DNA from: Eledone cirrhosa
Taxonomy: Eukaryota
Direction: 5' to 3'
DNA length: 64,000 bases
Assembly: GCA_964016885.1 (NCBI GenBank)
Contig: OZ024743.1
Span: 322,214,001 to 322,278,000, forward strand
Shown here: piece after piece, positions 28,601-42,295 of the stretch
Layout: each line of letters opens with the position of its first letter
Position numbering within the stretch: the first letter of the stretch is position 1
The notes under the pieces: generated by a model
The model's input: only the letters and a program-made list of their open reading frames with translations
Told to the model about the DNA's origin: nothing
The model's database searches: none
Program-made: the position numbers and the translations under genes

Positions 28601-30190
28601 AACTACAGTAAAACACACTTACCCACCTCGATCAGAGACCTTACCTTGGAGCTAGAGTAAAAAACACGTACCTACCTCGATCTGGGTCCTTAATTTGGAG
28701 CTAGAGTAAAAGACACTTACCCACCTCGATCTGGGTCCTAATTTGGAACTACAGTAAAACACACTTACCCACCTGATCTGGGTCCTTAACTTGGAGCTAC
28801 AGTGAAACACACCTTCCCACCATGATCTGGGTCCTTAACATGGAGTTACAGTAAAACACACTTACCCACACCGATATGGGTCCTTAACTTGGAGGTACAG
28901 TAAGAGACACTTAACCACCTCGATGATGGTCCTTAACTTGGAGCTACATAAAAGACACTTACCCACCTCGATCTGGGTCCTTTACTTGGGGCTACGGTAA
29001 AAGACACTTACCCACCGCGATCTGGGTCCTTAACTTGGTGCTACGATAAAACAGACTTACCCACCTCCATCTGGGTCCTTAACTTGGAGCTACAGTAAAA
29101 CACACTTACCCACTTCGATCTGGGTCCTTAACTTGGAGGTACAGTAAAAGACACTTAACCACCTCGATCATGGTCCTTAACTTGGAGCTACATAAAAGAC
29201 ACTTACCGACCTCGATCTGGGTCCTTAACTTGGGGCTACGGTAACAGACACTTTCCCACTCGATCTGGGTCCTTAACTTGGAACTACAGTAAAAGACACT
29301 TACCCACCTCCATCTGGGTCCTTAACTTGGAGCTAGAGTAAAAGACACCCACCTATATTTGGGTCCTTAACTTGGAGCTACAGTAAAACAGACTTACCCA
29401 CCTTTATCTGGGTCCTTAACTTGGAGCTATAGTAAATCACACTTACTCACCTCGATCTGGGTCCTAAACTTGGAGCTACAATAAAACACACTTACCCACC
29501 TCGATCTGGGTCCTTAGCTTGGAGCTAGAGTAAAATACACTTACCCACGTATATTTGGGTCCTTAACTTGGAACTACAGTAAAACACACTTACCCACCTT
29601 GATCTGAGTCCTTAACTTGGAACAACAGTAAAAGACACTTACCCATCTTGATCTGGGTCCTTAACTTGAAGCTACAGTAAATCACACTTACCCACCTCGA
29701 TCTGGGTCCTTAATTTGGAGCTATAAGAAAAGACACTTACCCACCTCGATCTGGGTCCTTAACTTGGAACTACATTAAAAGACACTTACCCACCTTGATC
29801 TGGGTCCTTAACTGGGAGCTACAGTAAAACACACTTACCCACCTCGATCTGGGTCCTTAGCTTGGAGCTACAGTAAACACACTTACCCACCTCGATCTGG
29901 GGCCTTTAATTGGTGTTACAGTAAAAGACACTTACCCACCTTGATCTGGGTCCTTAACTTGGAGCTAGAGTAAAAAACACTTACCCACCTAGATCTGGGT
30001 CCTTAACTTGGAGCTACAGTAAAACACACTTACCCACCTCGATCTGGGTCCTTAACTTGGAGCTACAGTAAAACACACTTACCCACCTCGATCTGGGTCC
30101 TTAACTTGGAGCTACAGTAAAACACTCTTACCCACCTCGATCTGGGTCCTTAATTTGGAACAACAGTAAAAGACACTTACCCACCTCGAT
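25690..30190. repeat. Higher-order tandem duplication, period ~1950/1900 bp (~40 monomers), ~2.3 copies
   Basis: TTACCCACGTATATTT 25691/27641 (+1950), TCAGAGACCTTACC 26681/28632 (+1951), GGCCTTTAATTGGTGTTAC 28001/29901 (+1900, after a 2-bp and a 49-bp loss). Confidence 0.88.
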
Positions 30191-33100
30191 CTGGGTCCTT
30201 AACTTGGAGCTACAGTAAAACACACTTACCCACCTAGATCTGGGTCCTTAACTTCGAAATACAGTAAAAGACACTTACTCACCTTGATCTGGGTGCTTAA
30301 CTTGGAGCTACAGTAAAACACACTTACCCATCTCGATCTGGCTCCTTACCTTGGAGCTACAGTAAAACACACTTACCCACCTCGATCTGGGTCCTTAACT
30401 TGGAGCTACTGCAAAAGACACTTACCCACCTCGATCTGGGTCCTTAACATGGAGCTACAGTAAAACACACTTACCCACCTAGATCTGGGTCCTTAACTTG
30501 GAGCTACAGTAAAACAGACTTACCCACCTAGATCTGGGTCCTTAATTTGGAGCTATAGTAAAGACACTTACCCACCTTGATCTGGGTCCTTAACTGGGAG
30601 CTACAGTGAAACACATTTACCCGCCTTAATCTGGGTCCTTAACTTGGAACTACAGTAAAACACACTTACCCACCTCGATCTGAGTCATTAACTTGCAGCT
30701 AGAGTAAAAAACACGTACCTACCTCGATCTGGGTCCTTAATTTGGAGCTAGAGTAAAAGACACTTATCCACCTGGATCTGGGTCCTAATTTGGAACTACA
30801 GTAAAACACACTTACACACCTGATCTGGGACCTTAAATTGGAGCTACAGTAAAAGACACGTACCCACCTCGATCTTGGTCCTTAACTAGGAGCTACAGTA
30901 AAACACACTTACCCACCTCGATCTGGGTCCATAACTTGGAGCTACAGTAAAACACACCTTCCCACCATTATCTGGGTCCTTAACTTGGAGTTACAGTAAA
31001 ACACACTTACCCACCTCGATATGGGTCCTTAACTTCGAGGTACAGTAAGAGACACTTAACCACCTCGATAATGGTCCTTAACTTGGGGCTACGGTAAAAG
31101 ACACTTACCCACCTCTATCTGGGTCCTTAACTTGGAACTTCAGTAAAAGACACTTATCCACCGCGATCTGGGTCCTTAACTTGGTGCTACGGTAAAACAG
31201 ACTTACCCACCTTCATCTGGGTCCTTAACTTGGAGCTAGAATAAAAGACACCCACCTATATTTGGGTCCTTAACTTGGAGCTACAGTAAAAAAGACTTAC
31301 CCACCTTCATCTGGGTCCTTAACTTGGAACTACAGTAAAAGACACTTACCCACCTCGATCTGGGTCCTTAACTTGGAGGTACAATAAAACACACTTACCC
31401 ACCTAGATCTGGGTCCTTAACTTGGAACTACAGTAAAAGACACTTACCCACCTCGATCTGGGTCCTTAACTTGGAGCTACAGTAAAACACACTTACCTAC
31501 CTAGATCTGGGTCCTTAACTTCGAACTACAGTAAAAGTCACTTACTCACCTTGATCTGTGTCCTTAACTAGGAGCCACAGAAAAACACACTTACCCACAT
31601 GATCTGGGTCCTTAACTTGGAGCTACAGTAAATCACACTTACCCACCTCGATCTGGGTCCTTAATTTGGAGCCATAGTAAAGACACTTACCCACGTCGAT
31701 CTGGGTCCTTAACTTGGAACTACAGTAAAAGACACTTACCCACCATGATCTGGGTCCTTAACTGAGAGCTACAGTAAAACACATTTACCCACCTCGATCT
31801 GGGTCCTTAGCTTGGAGCTACAGTAAACACTTACCCACCTTGATCGGGGGCCTTAAATTGGAGCTACAGTAAAAGACACTAACCCACCTTGATCTGGGTC
31901 CTTTACTTGGAGCTACAGTAAAACACACTTACCCACCTTTATCTGGGTCCTTAACTTGGAGCTAGAGTAAAAGACACTTACCCACCTCAATCTGGGTCCT
32001 TAACTTGGAGATATAGTAAAAGAAACTTACCCACCTCGATCTGGGTCATTAACTTGGAGCTACAGTAAAAGACATTTAACCACCTCGATCTGGTTCCTTA
32101 ACTTGGAGCTACAATAAAACACACATACCGACCTCGATCTGGGTCCTTAAATTGGAGCTAAAATAAAACACACTTACCGACCTCGATCTGGGTCCTTAAC
32201 TTGCAGCTACAATAAAACACACTTACCCACCTCGATCTGGATCCTGAACTTGGAACTACAGTAAAAGACACTTACCCACCTCGATCTGGGTCCTGAACTT
32301 GGAGCTACAGTAAAACACACTTACCGACCTCGATCTGGGTCCTTAACTTGGAGCTACAGTAAAACACACTAACACACCTCGATCAGGGTCCTTAACTTGG
32401 AGGTACAGTAAGAGACACTTAACCATTTCGATCCGGGTCCTTAACTTGGAGCTACAGTAAAACACACTTACCCACCTTGATCTGAGTCCTTAACTTGGAA
32501 CAACAGTAAAAGACACTTACCCATCTTGATCTGGGTCCTTAACTTGGAGCTACAGTAAAACACACTTACCCACCTTGATCTGGGTCCTTAACTTGGAACA
32601 ACAGTAAAAGACACTTACCCACCTTGATCTTGTTCCTTAACATGGAGCTACAGTAAAACACACTTACCCACCTAGATCTGGGTCCTTAACTTCGAACTAC
32701 AGTAAAAGTCACTTACTCACCTTGATCTGGGTCCTTAACTAGGAGCTACAGAAAAACACACTTATCCACATGATCTGGGTCCTTAACTTGGAGCTACAGT
32801 AAATCACACTTACCCACCTCGATCTGGGTCCTTAATTTGGAGCTATAGTAAAGACACTTACCCACGTCGATCTGGGTCCTTAACTGGGAGCTACAGTAAA
32901 ACACATTTACCCACCTCGATCTGGGTCCTTAGCTTGGAGCTACAGTAAACACTTACCCACCTTGATCGGGGGCCTTAAATTGGAGCTACAGTAAAAGAAA
33001 CTTACCCACATTGATCTGGGTCCTTAACTTGGAGCTACAGTAAAACACACTTACCCACCTTGATCTGGGTCCTTAACTTGGAGCTAGAGTAAAAGACACT

Positions 33101-34334
33101 TACCCACCTCAATCTGGGTCCTTTACTTGGAGTAAAAGAAACTTACCCACCTCGATTTGGTTCCTTAACTTGGAGCTACAGTAAAACACACTTACCCACC
33201 TAGATCTGGGTCATTAACTTGGAGCTACAGTAAAACACACTTACCAACCTCGATCTCGGTCCTTAACTTGAAGCTAGAGTAAAACACACTTACCCACCTT
33301 AATCTGGGTCCTTAACTTGGAGCTAGAGTAAAACACACTTACACACCTCGATCTGGGTCATTAACTTGGAGCTACAGTAAAAGACATTTAACCACCTCGA
33401 TCTGGTTCCTTAACTTGGAGCTACAATAAAACACACTTACCGACCTCGATCTGGGTCCTTAAATTGGAGCTAAATTAAACACACTTACCGACCTTGATCT
33501 GGGTCCTTAACTTGCAGCTACAATAAAACACACTTACCCACCTCGATCTGGGTCCTGAACTTGGAACTACAGTAAAAGACACTTACCCACCTCGATCTGG
33601 GTCCTGAACTTGGAGCTACAGTAAAACACACTTACCGACCTCGATCTGGGTCCTTAACTTGGAGCTACAGTAAAACACACTTACACACCTCGATCAGGGT
33701 CCTTAACTTGGAGCTACAGTAAGAGACATTTAACCTCCTCGATCTGGGTCCTTAACTTGGAGCTACAGTAAAAGACACTTACCCACCTCGATCTGGGTCC
33801 TTAACTTGGGGCTACGGTAAAAGACACATACCCACCTCGATCTGGGTCCTTAACTTGAACTGCAGTAAAAGACACTTACCCACCTGATCTGGGTCCTTAA
33901 CTTGGAGCTACGATAAAACAGATTTACCCACCTCCATCTGGGTCCTTAACTTGGAGCTAGAGTAAAAGACACTTACCCACCTGATTTGGGTCCTTAACTT
34001 GGAGCTACAGTAAAACAGACTTACCCACCCTGATCTGGGTCCTTAACTTGGAGCTACAGTAAAACACACTTACTCACCTCGATCTGGGTCCTTAACTTGG
34101 AGCTACAATAAAACACAATACCCAGCTCGATCTGGGTCCTTAATTTGGAGCTACAGTAAAATACACTTACCCATCTCTATCTGGGTCCTTAACTTTGAGC
34201 TACAGTAAAACACACTTACCCACCTCTAATTGGGTCCTTAACTTGGCGCTACAATAAAAGACATTTACCCACCTTGATCTGGGTCCTTAACTTGGAGCTA
34301 CAGTAAAACACACTTACCCACCTCGATCTCGGTC

Positions 34335-37300
34335 CTTAACTTGAAGCTACAGTAAAACACACTTACCCACCTCTATCTGGGTCCTTAACTTGGAGCTAGA
34401 GTAAAACACACCTACCCACCTCGATCTGGGTCATTAACTTGGAGCTACAGTAAAACATACATACCCACCAGACCTGGGTCCTTAACTTGGAACTACAGTA
34501 AAAGACACTTACCCACCTGATCTGGGTCCTGAACTTGGAGCTACAGTAAAAGACACTTACCCACCTCGATCTGGGTCCTTAACTTGGAACTACAGTAAAA
34601 GACACTTACCCACCTCGATCTGGGTCCTTAACTTGGCGCTACAATAAAAGACATTTACCCACCTCGATCTGGGTCCTTAACTTGGAGATATAGTAAAAGA
34701 CACTTACCCACCTCGATCTGGGTCCTTAACTTGGAGCTAGAGTAAAACACACTTACCCAACTCGATCTGGGTCCTTAACTTGGAGCTAGAGTAAGACACA
34801 CTTACCCACCTCGATCTGGGTCATTAACTTGGAGCTACAGTAAAAGACATTTAACCACCTCGATCTGGTTCCTTAACTTGGAGCTACAATAAAACACACT
34901 TACCGACCTCGATCCTGGTCCTTAATTTGGAGCTAAATTAAACACACTTACCGACCTCGATCTGGGTCCTTAACTTGCAGCTAAAATAAAACACACTTAC
35001 CCACCTCGATCTGGGTCCTGAACTTGGAACTACAGTAAAAGACACTTACCCACCTCGATCTGGGTCCTGAACTTGGAGCTACGGTAAAACACACTTACCG
35101 ACCTCGATCAGGGTCCTTAACTTGGAGTTAGAGTAAAATACACTTACCCACCTGATTTGGGTCCTTAACTTGGAGCTACAGTAAAACACACTTACTCACC
35201 TCGATCTGGGTCCTTAACTTGGAGCTACAATAAAACACAATACCCAGCTCGATCTGGGTCCTTAATTTGGAGCTACAGTAAAATACACTTACCCATCTCT
35301 ATCTGGGTCCTTAACTTTGAGCTACAGTAAAACACACTTACCCACCCCTAATTGGGTCCTTAACTTGGAGCTACAATGAAAGACATTTACCCACCTTGAT
35401 CTGGGTCCTTAACTTGGAGCGACAGTAAAACACACTTACCCACCTCGATCTCGGTTCTTAACTTGAAGCTACAGTAAAACACACTTACCCACCTTGATCT
35501 GGGTCCTTAACTTGGAGCTAGAGTAAAACACACTTACCCACCTCGATCTGGGTCATTAACTTGGAGCTACAGTAAAACATACATACCCACCAGATCTGGG
35601 TCCTTAACTTGGAACTACAGTAAAAGACACTTACCCACCTCGATCTGGGTCCTTAACTTGGAGCTACAGTAAAACACACTTACACACCTCAATCTGGGTC
35701 CTTAACTTGGAGGTACAGTAAGAGACACTTAACCACCTCAATCTGGGTCCTTAACTTGGATCTACAGTAAAAGACACTTACCCACCTTGATCTGGGTCCT
35801 TAACTTGGGGCTACGGTAAAACACACTTACCCACCTCCATCTGGGTGCTTAACTTGGAGCTAGAGTAGAAGACACTTATCATCCTCGATTTGGGTCCTTA
35901 ACTTGGGGCTACAGTAAAAGACACTTACCTACCTAGATCTGTGTCCTCAACTTGGAGCTACAGTAAAAGACACTTACCCACATGATATGGGTCCTTAACA
36001 TGGAGCTACAGTAAAACACACTTACGCAGATCGATCTGGGTCCTTAACTTGGAGCTAGAGTAAAACACACTTACCCACCTCGATCTGGGTCATTAACTTG
36101 GAGCTACAGTAAAAGACATTTAACCACCTCGATCTGGTTCCTTAACTTGGAGCTACAATAAAATACACTTACCGACCTCGATCCGGGTCCTTAAATTGGA
36201 GCTAAGTTAAACACACTTACCGACCTCGATCTGGGTCCTTAACTTGCAGCTAAAATAAAACACACTTACCCACCTCGATCTGGGTCCTGAACTTGGAACT
36301 ACAGTAAAAGACACTTACCCACCTCGATCTGGGTCCTGAACTTGGAGCTACGGTAAAACACACTTACACACCTCGATCTGGGTCCTTAACTTGGAACTAC
36401 AGTAAAAGACACTTACCCACCTGATCTGGGTCCTTAACTTGGAACTACAGTAAAAGACACTTACCCACCTTGATCTGGGTCCTTAACTGGGAGCTACAGT
36501 AAAACACATTTACCCACCTCTATCTGGGTCCTTAACTTGGAACTACAGTAAAACACACTTACCCAGATCGATCTGAGTCCTTAACTTGGAGCTAGAGTAA
36601 AAAACACGTACCTACCTCGATCTGGGTCCTTAATTTGGAGCTACAGTAAAAGACACTTACCCACCTCGATCTGGGTCCTAATTTGGAACTACAGTAAAAC
36701 ACACTTACCCACCTGATCTGGGACCTTAAATTGGAGCTACAGTAAAAGACACGTACCCACCTCGATCTGCGTCCTTAATTTGGAGCTACAGTAAAAGACA
36801 CATACCCACCTCGATCTGGGTCCTTAACTAGGAGCTACAATAAAACACACTTACCCACCTCGATCTGGGTCCTTAACTTGGAGCTACAGTAAAACACACC
36901 TTCCCACCATGATCTGGCTCCTTAACTTGGAGCTACAGTAAAACACACTTACTCACCTCGATATGGGTCCTTAACTTGGAGGTACAGTAAGAGACACTTA
37001 ACCACCTCGATAATGGTCCTTAACTTGGAGCTACATAAAATACACTTACCCACCTCGATCTGGGTCCTTAACTTGGGGCTACGGTAAAAGAGACTGACCC
37101 ACCTCTACCTGGGTCCTTAACTTGGAACTTCAGTAAAAGACACTTACCCACCGCGATCTGGGTCCTTAACTTGGTGCTACAGTAAAACAGACTTACCCAC
37201 CTCGATCTGGGTCCTTAACTTAGAGCTACAGTAAATCACACTTACTCAATTCGATCTGGTTCCTTAACTTGGAGCTACAATAAAACACACTTACCCACCT

Positions 37301-40300
37301 CGATCTGGGTCTTTAACTTGGAACCACAGTAAAATACACTTACCCACCTCGATCTGGATCCTTAACTTGCAGCTAGAGTAAAAGACACTTACCCACCTAT
37401 ATTTGGGTCCTTAACTTGGAGCTACAGTAAAACACACTTACCCACCTTGATCTGAGTCTTTAACTTGGAACAACAGTAAAAGACACTTACCCATCTTGAT
37501 CTGGGTCCTTCACTTGGAGCTACAGTAAAACACACTTACCCACCTTGATCTGGGTCGTTAACTTTGAACAACAGTAAAAGACACTTACCCACCTTTATCT
37601 TGTTCCTTAACATGGAGCTGCAGTAAAACAGACTTACCCACCTTGATCTGGGTCCTTAACTTGGAGCTACAGTAAAAGACACTTACCCACCTCGATCTGG
37701 TTCCTTAACTTGGAGCTACAGTAAAACACACTTACCCACCTAGATCTGGGTCCTTAACTTCGAACTACAGTAAAAGTCACTTACTCACCTTGATCTGGGT
37801 CCTCAACTAGGAGCTACAGAAAAACACACTTACCCACATGATCTGGGTCCTTAACTGGGAGCTACAGTAAAACACACTTACCCACTTCGATCTGGGTCCT
37901 TTATTTGGAGCTACAGTAAACACACTTACCCACCTTGATCTGGGTCCTTAACTTGGAGCTACAGTAAAACACACTTACCCACCTCGAATTGGGTCCTTAA
38001 TTGGAGCTACAGAAAAGGACATTTACCCACCTTGATCTGGGTCCTTAACTTGGTGCTACGGTAAAAGACACTTTCCTACCTTGATCTGGGTCCTTAACTT
38101 GGAGCTAGAGTAAAAGACACTTACCCACCTCAATCTGGGACCTTAACTTGGAGATATAGTAAAAGACACTTACCCACCTCGATTTGGGTCCTTAAATTGG
38201 AGCTACAGTAAAACACACTTACCCACCTAGATCTGGGTCATTAACTTGGGGCTAGAGTAAAACACACTTATTCACCTCGATCTGGGTTATTAACTTGGAG
38301 CTACATGAAAACACACTTACCCACCTCGATCTGGGTCCTTAACTTGAAGCTACAGTAAAACACACTTACCCACCTCTATCTGGGTCCTTAACTTGGAGCT
38401 AGAGTAAAACACACCTACCCACCTCGATCTGGGTCATTAACTTGGAGCTACAGTAAAACATACATACCCACCAGACCTGGGTCCTTAACTTGGAACTACA
38501 GTAAAAGACACTTACCCACCTGATCTGGGTCCTGAACTTGGAGCTACAGTAAAAGACACTTACCCACCTCGATCTGGGTCCTTAACTTGGAACTACAGTA
38601 AAAGACACTTACCCACCTCGATCTGGGTCCTTAACTTGGCGCTACAATAAAAGACATTTACCCACCTCGATCTGGGTCCTTAACTTGGAGATATAGTAAA
38701 AGACACTTACCCACCTCGATCTGGGTCCTTAACTTGGAGCTAGAGTAAAACACACTTACCCAACTCGATCTGGGTCCTTAACTTGGAGCTAGAGTAAGAC
38801 ACACTTACCCACCTCGATCTGGGTCATTAACTTGGAGCTACAGTAAAAGACATTTAACCACCTCGATCTGGTTCCTTAACTTGGAGCTACAATAAAACAC
38901 ACTTACCGACCTCGATCCTGGTCCTTAATTTGGAGCTAAATTAAACACACTTACCGACCTCGATCTGGGTCCTTAACTTGCAGCTAAAATAAAACACACT
39001 TACCCACCTCGATCTGGGTCCTGAACTTGGAACTACAGTAAAAGACACTTACCCACCTCGATCTGGGTCCTGAACTTGGAGCTACGGTAAAACACACTTA
39101 CCGACCTCGATCAGGGTCCTTAACTTGGAGTTAGAGTAAAATACACTTACCCACCTGATTTGGGTCCTTAACTTGGAGCTACAGTAAAACACACTTACTC
39201 ACCTCGATCTGGGTCCTTAACTTGGAGCTACAATAAAACACAATACCCAGCTCGATCTGGGTCCTTAATTTGGAGCTACAGTAAAATACACTTACCCATC
39301 TCTATCTGGGTCCTTAACTTTGAGCTACAGTAAAACACACTTACCCACCCCTAATTGGGTCCTTAACTTGGAGCTACAATGAAAGACATTTACCCACCTT
39401 GATCTGGGTCCTTAACTTGGAGCGACAGTAAAACACACTTACCCACCTCGATCTCGGTTCTTAACTTGAAGCTACAGTAAAACACACTTACCCACCTTGA
39501 TCTGGGTCCTTAACTTGGAGCTAGAGTAAAACACACTTACCCACCTCGATCTGGGTCATTAACTTGGAGCTACAGTAAAACATACATACCCACCAGATCT
39601 GGGTCCTTAACTTGGAACTACAGTAAAAGACACTTACCCACCTCGATCTGGGTCCTTAACTTGGAGGTACAGTAAGAGACACTTAACCACCTCAATCTGG
39701 GTCCTTAACTTGGATCTACAGTAAAAGACACTTACCCACCTTGATCTGGGTCCTTAACTTGGGGCTACGGTAAAACACACTTACCCACCTCCATCTGGGT
39801 GCTTAACTTGGAGCTAGAGTAGAAGACACTTATCATCCTCGATTTGGGTCCTTAACTTGGGGCTACAGTAAAAGACACTTACCTACCTAGATCTGTGTCC
39901 TCAACTTGGAGCTACAGTAAAAGACCACATGATATGGGTCCTTAACATGGAGCTACAGTAAAACACACTTACGCAGATCGATCTGGGTCCTTAACTTGGA
40001 GCTAGAGTAAAACACACTTACCCACCTCGATCTGGGTCATTAACTTGGAGCTACAGTAAAAGACATTTAACCACCTCGATCTGGTTCCTTAACTTGGAGC
40101 TACAATAAAATACACTTACCGACCTCGATCCGGGTCCTTAAATTGGAGCTAAGTTAAACACACTTACCGACCTCGATCTGGGTCCTTAACTTGCAGCTAA
40201 AATAAAACACACTTACCCACCTCGATCTGGGTCCTGAACTTGGAACTACAGTAAAAGACACTTACCCACCTCGATCTGGGTCCTGAACTTGGAGCTACGG

Positions 40301-42295
40301 TAAAACACACTTACACACCTCGATCTGGGTCCTTAACTTGGAACTACAGTAAAAGACACTTACCCACCTGATCTGGGTCCTTAACTTGGAACTACAGTAA
40401 AAGACACTTACCCACCTTGATCTGGGTCCTTAACTGGGAGCTACAGTAAAACACATTTACCCACCTCTATCTGGGTCCTTAACTTGGAACTACAGTAAAA
40501 CACACTTACCCAGATCGATCTGAGTCCTTAACTTGGAGCTAGAGTAAAAAACACATACCTACCTCGATCTGGGTCCTTAATTTGGAGCTACAGTAAAAGA
40601 CACTTACCCACCTCGATCTGGGTCCTAATTTGGAACTACAGTAAAACACACTTACCCACCTGATCTGGGACCTTAAATTGGAGCTACAGTAAAAGACACG
40701 TACCCACCTCGATCTGGGTCCTTAATTTGGAGCTACAGTAAAAGACACATACCCACCTCGATCTGGGTCCTTAACTAGGAGCTACAATAAAACACACTTA
40801 CCCACCTCGATCTGGGTCCTTAACTTGGAGCTACAGTAAAACACACCTTCCCACCATGATCTGGCTCCTTAACTTGGAGCTACAGTAAAACACACTTACT
40901 CACCTCGATATGGGTCCTTAACTTGGAGGTACAGTAAGAGACACTTAACCACCTCGATAATGGTCCTTAACTTGGAGCTACATAAAAGACACTTACCCAC
41001 CTCGATCTGGGTCCTTAACTTGGGGCTACGGTAAAAGAGACTGACCCACCTCTACCTGGGTCCTTAACTTGGAACTTCAGTAAAAGACACTTACCCACCG
41101 CGATCTGGGTCCTTAACTTGGTGCTACAGTAAAACAGACTTACCCACCTCGATCTGGGTCCTTAACTTAGAGCTACAGTAAATCACACTTACTCAATTCG
41201 ATCTGGTTCCTTAACTTGGAGCTACAATAAAACACACTTACCCACCTCGATCTGGGTCTTTAACTTGGAACCACAGTAAAATACACTTACCCACCTCGAT
41301 CTGGATCCTTAACTTGCAGCTAGAGTAAAAGACACTTACCCACCTATATTTGGGTCCTTAACTTGGAGCTACAGTAAAACACACTTACCCACCTTGATCT
41401 GAGTCTTTAACTTGGAACAACAGTAAAAGACACTTACCCATCTTGATCTGGGTCCTTCACTTGGAGCTACAGTAAAACACACTTACCCACCTTGATCTGG
41501 GTCGTTAACTTTGAACAACAGTAAAAGACACTTACCCACCTTTATCTTGTTCCTTAACATGGAGCTGCAGTAAAACAGACTTACCCACCTTGATCTGGGT
41601 CCTTAACTTGGAGCTACAGTAAAAGACACTTACCCACCTCGATCTGGTTCCTTAACTTGGAGCTACAGTAAAACACACTTACCCACCTAGATCTGGGTCC
41701 TTAACTTCGAACTACAGTAAAAGTCACTTACTCACCTTGATCTGGGTCCTCAACTAGGAGCTACAGAAAAACACACTTACCCACATGATCTGGGTCCTTA
41801 ACTGGGAGCTACAGTAAAACACACTTACCCACTTCGATCTGGGTCCTTTATTTGGAGCTACAGTAAACACACTTACCCACCTTGATCTGGGTCCTTAACT
41901 TGGAGCTACAGTAAAACACACTTACCCACCTCGAATTGGGTCCTTAATTGGAGCTACAGAAAAGGACATTTACCCACCTTGATCTGGGTCCTTAACTTGG
42001 TGCTACGGTAAAAGACACTTTCCTACCTTGATCTGGGTCCTTAACTTGGAGCTAGAGTAAAAGACACTTACCCACCTCAATCTGGGACCTTAACTTGGAG
42101 ATATAGTAAAAGACACTTACCCACCTCGATTTGGGTCCTTAAATTGGAGCTACAGTAAAACACACTTACCCACCTAGATCTGGGTCATTAACTTGGGGCT
42201 AGAGTAAAACACACTTATTCACCTCGATCTGGGTTATTAACTTGGAGCTACATGAAAACACACTTACCCACCTCGATCTGGGTCCTTAACTTGGA
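34335..42295. repeat. Higher-order tandem duplication, period 4003 then 3947 bp (~82 monomers), 2 near-identical copies
   Basis: GACCTGGG 34471/38474 and GATCCTGG 34911/38914 are at +4003. CTTACGCAGA 36021/39968, CAGATCGATCTGAG 36564/40511 and CTACATGAAA 38301/42248 are at +3947 (4003-49-7). Confidence 0.93.
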
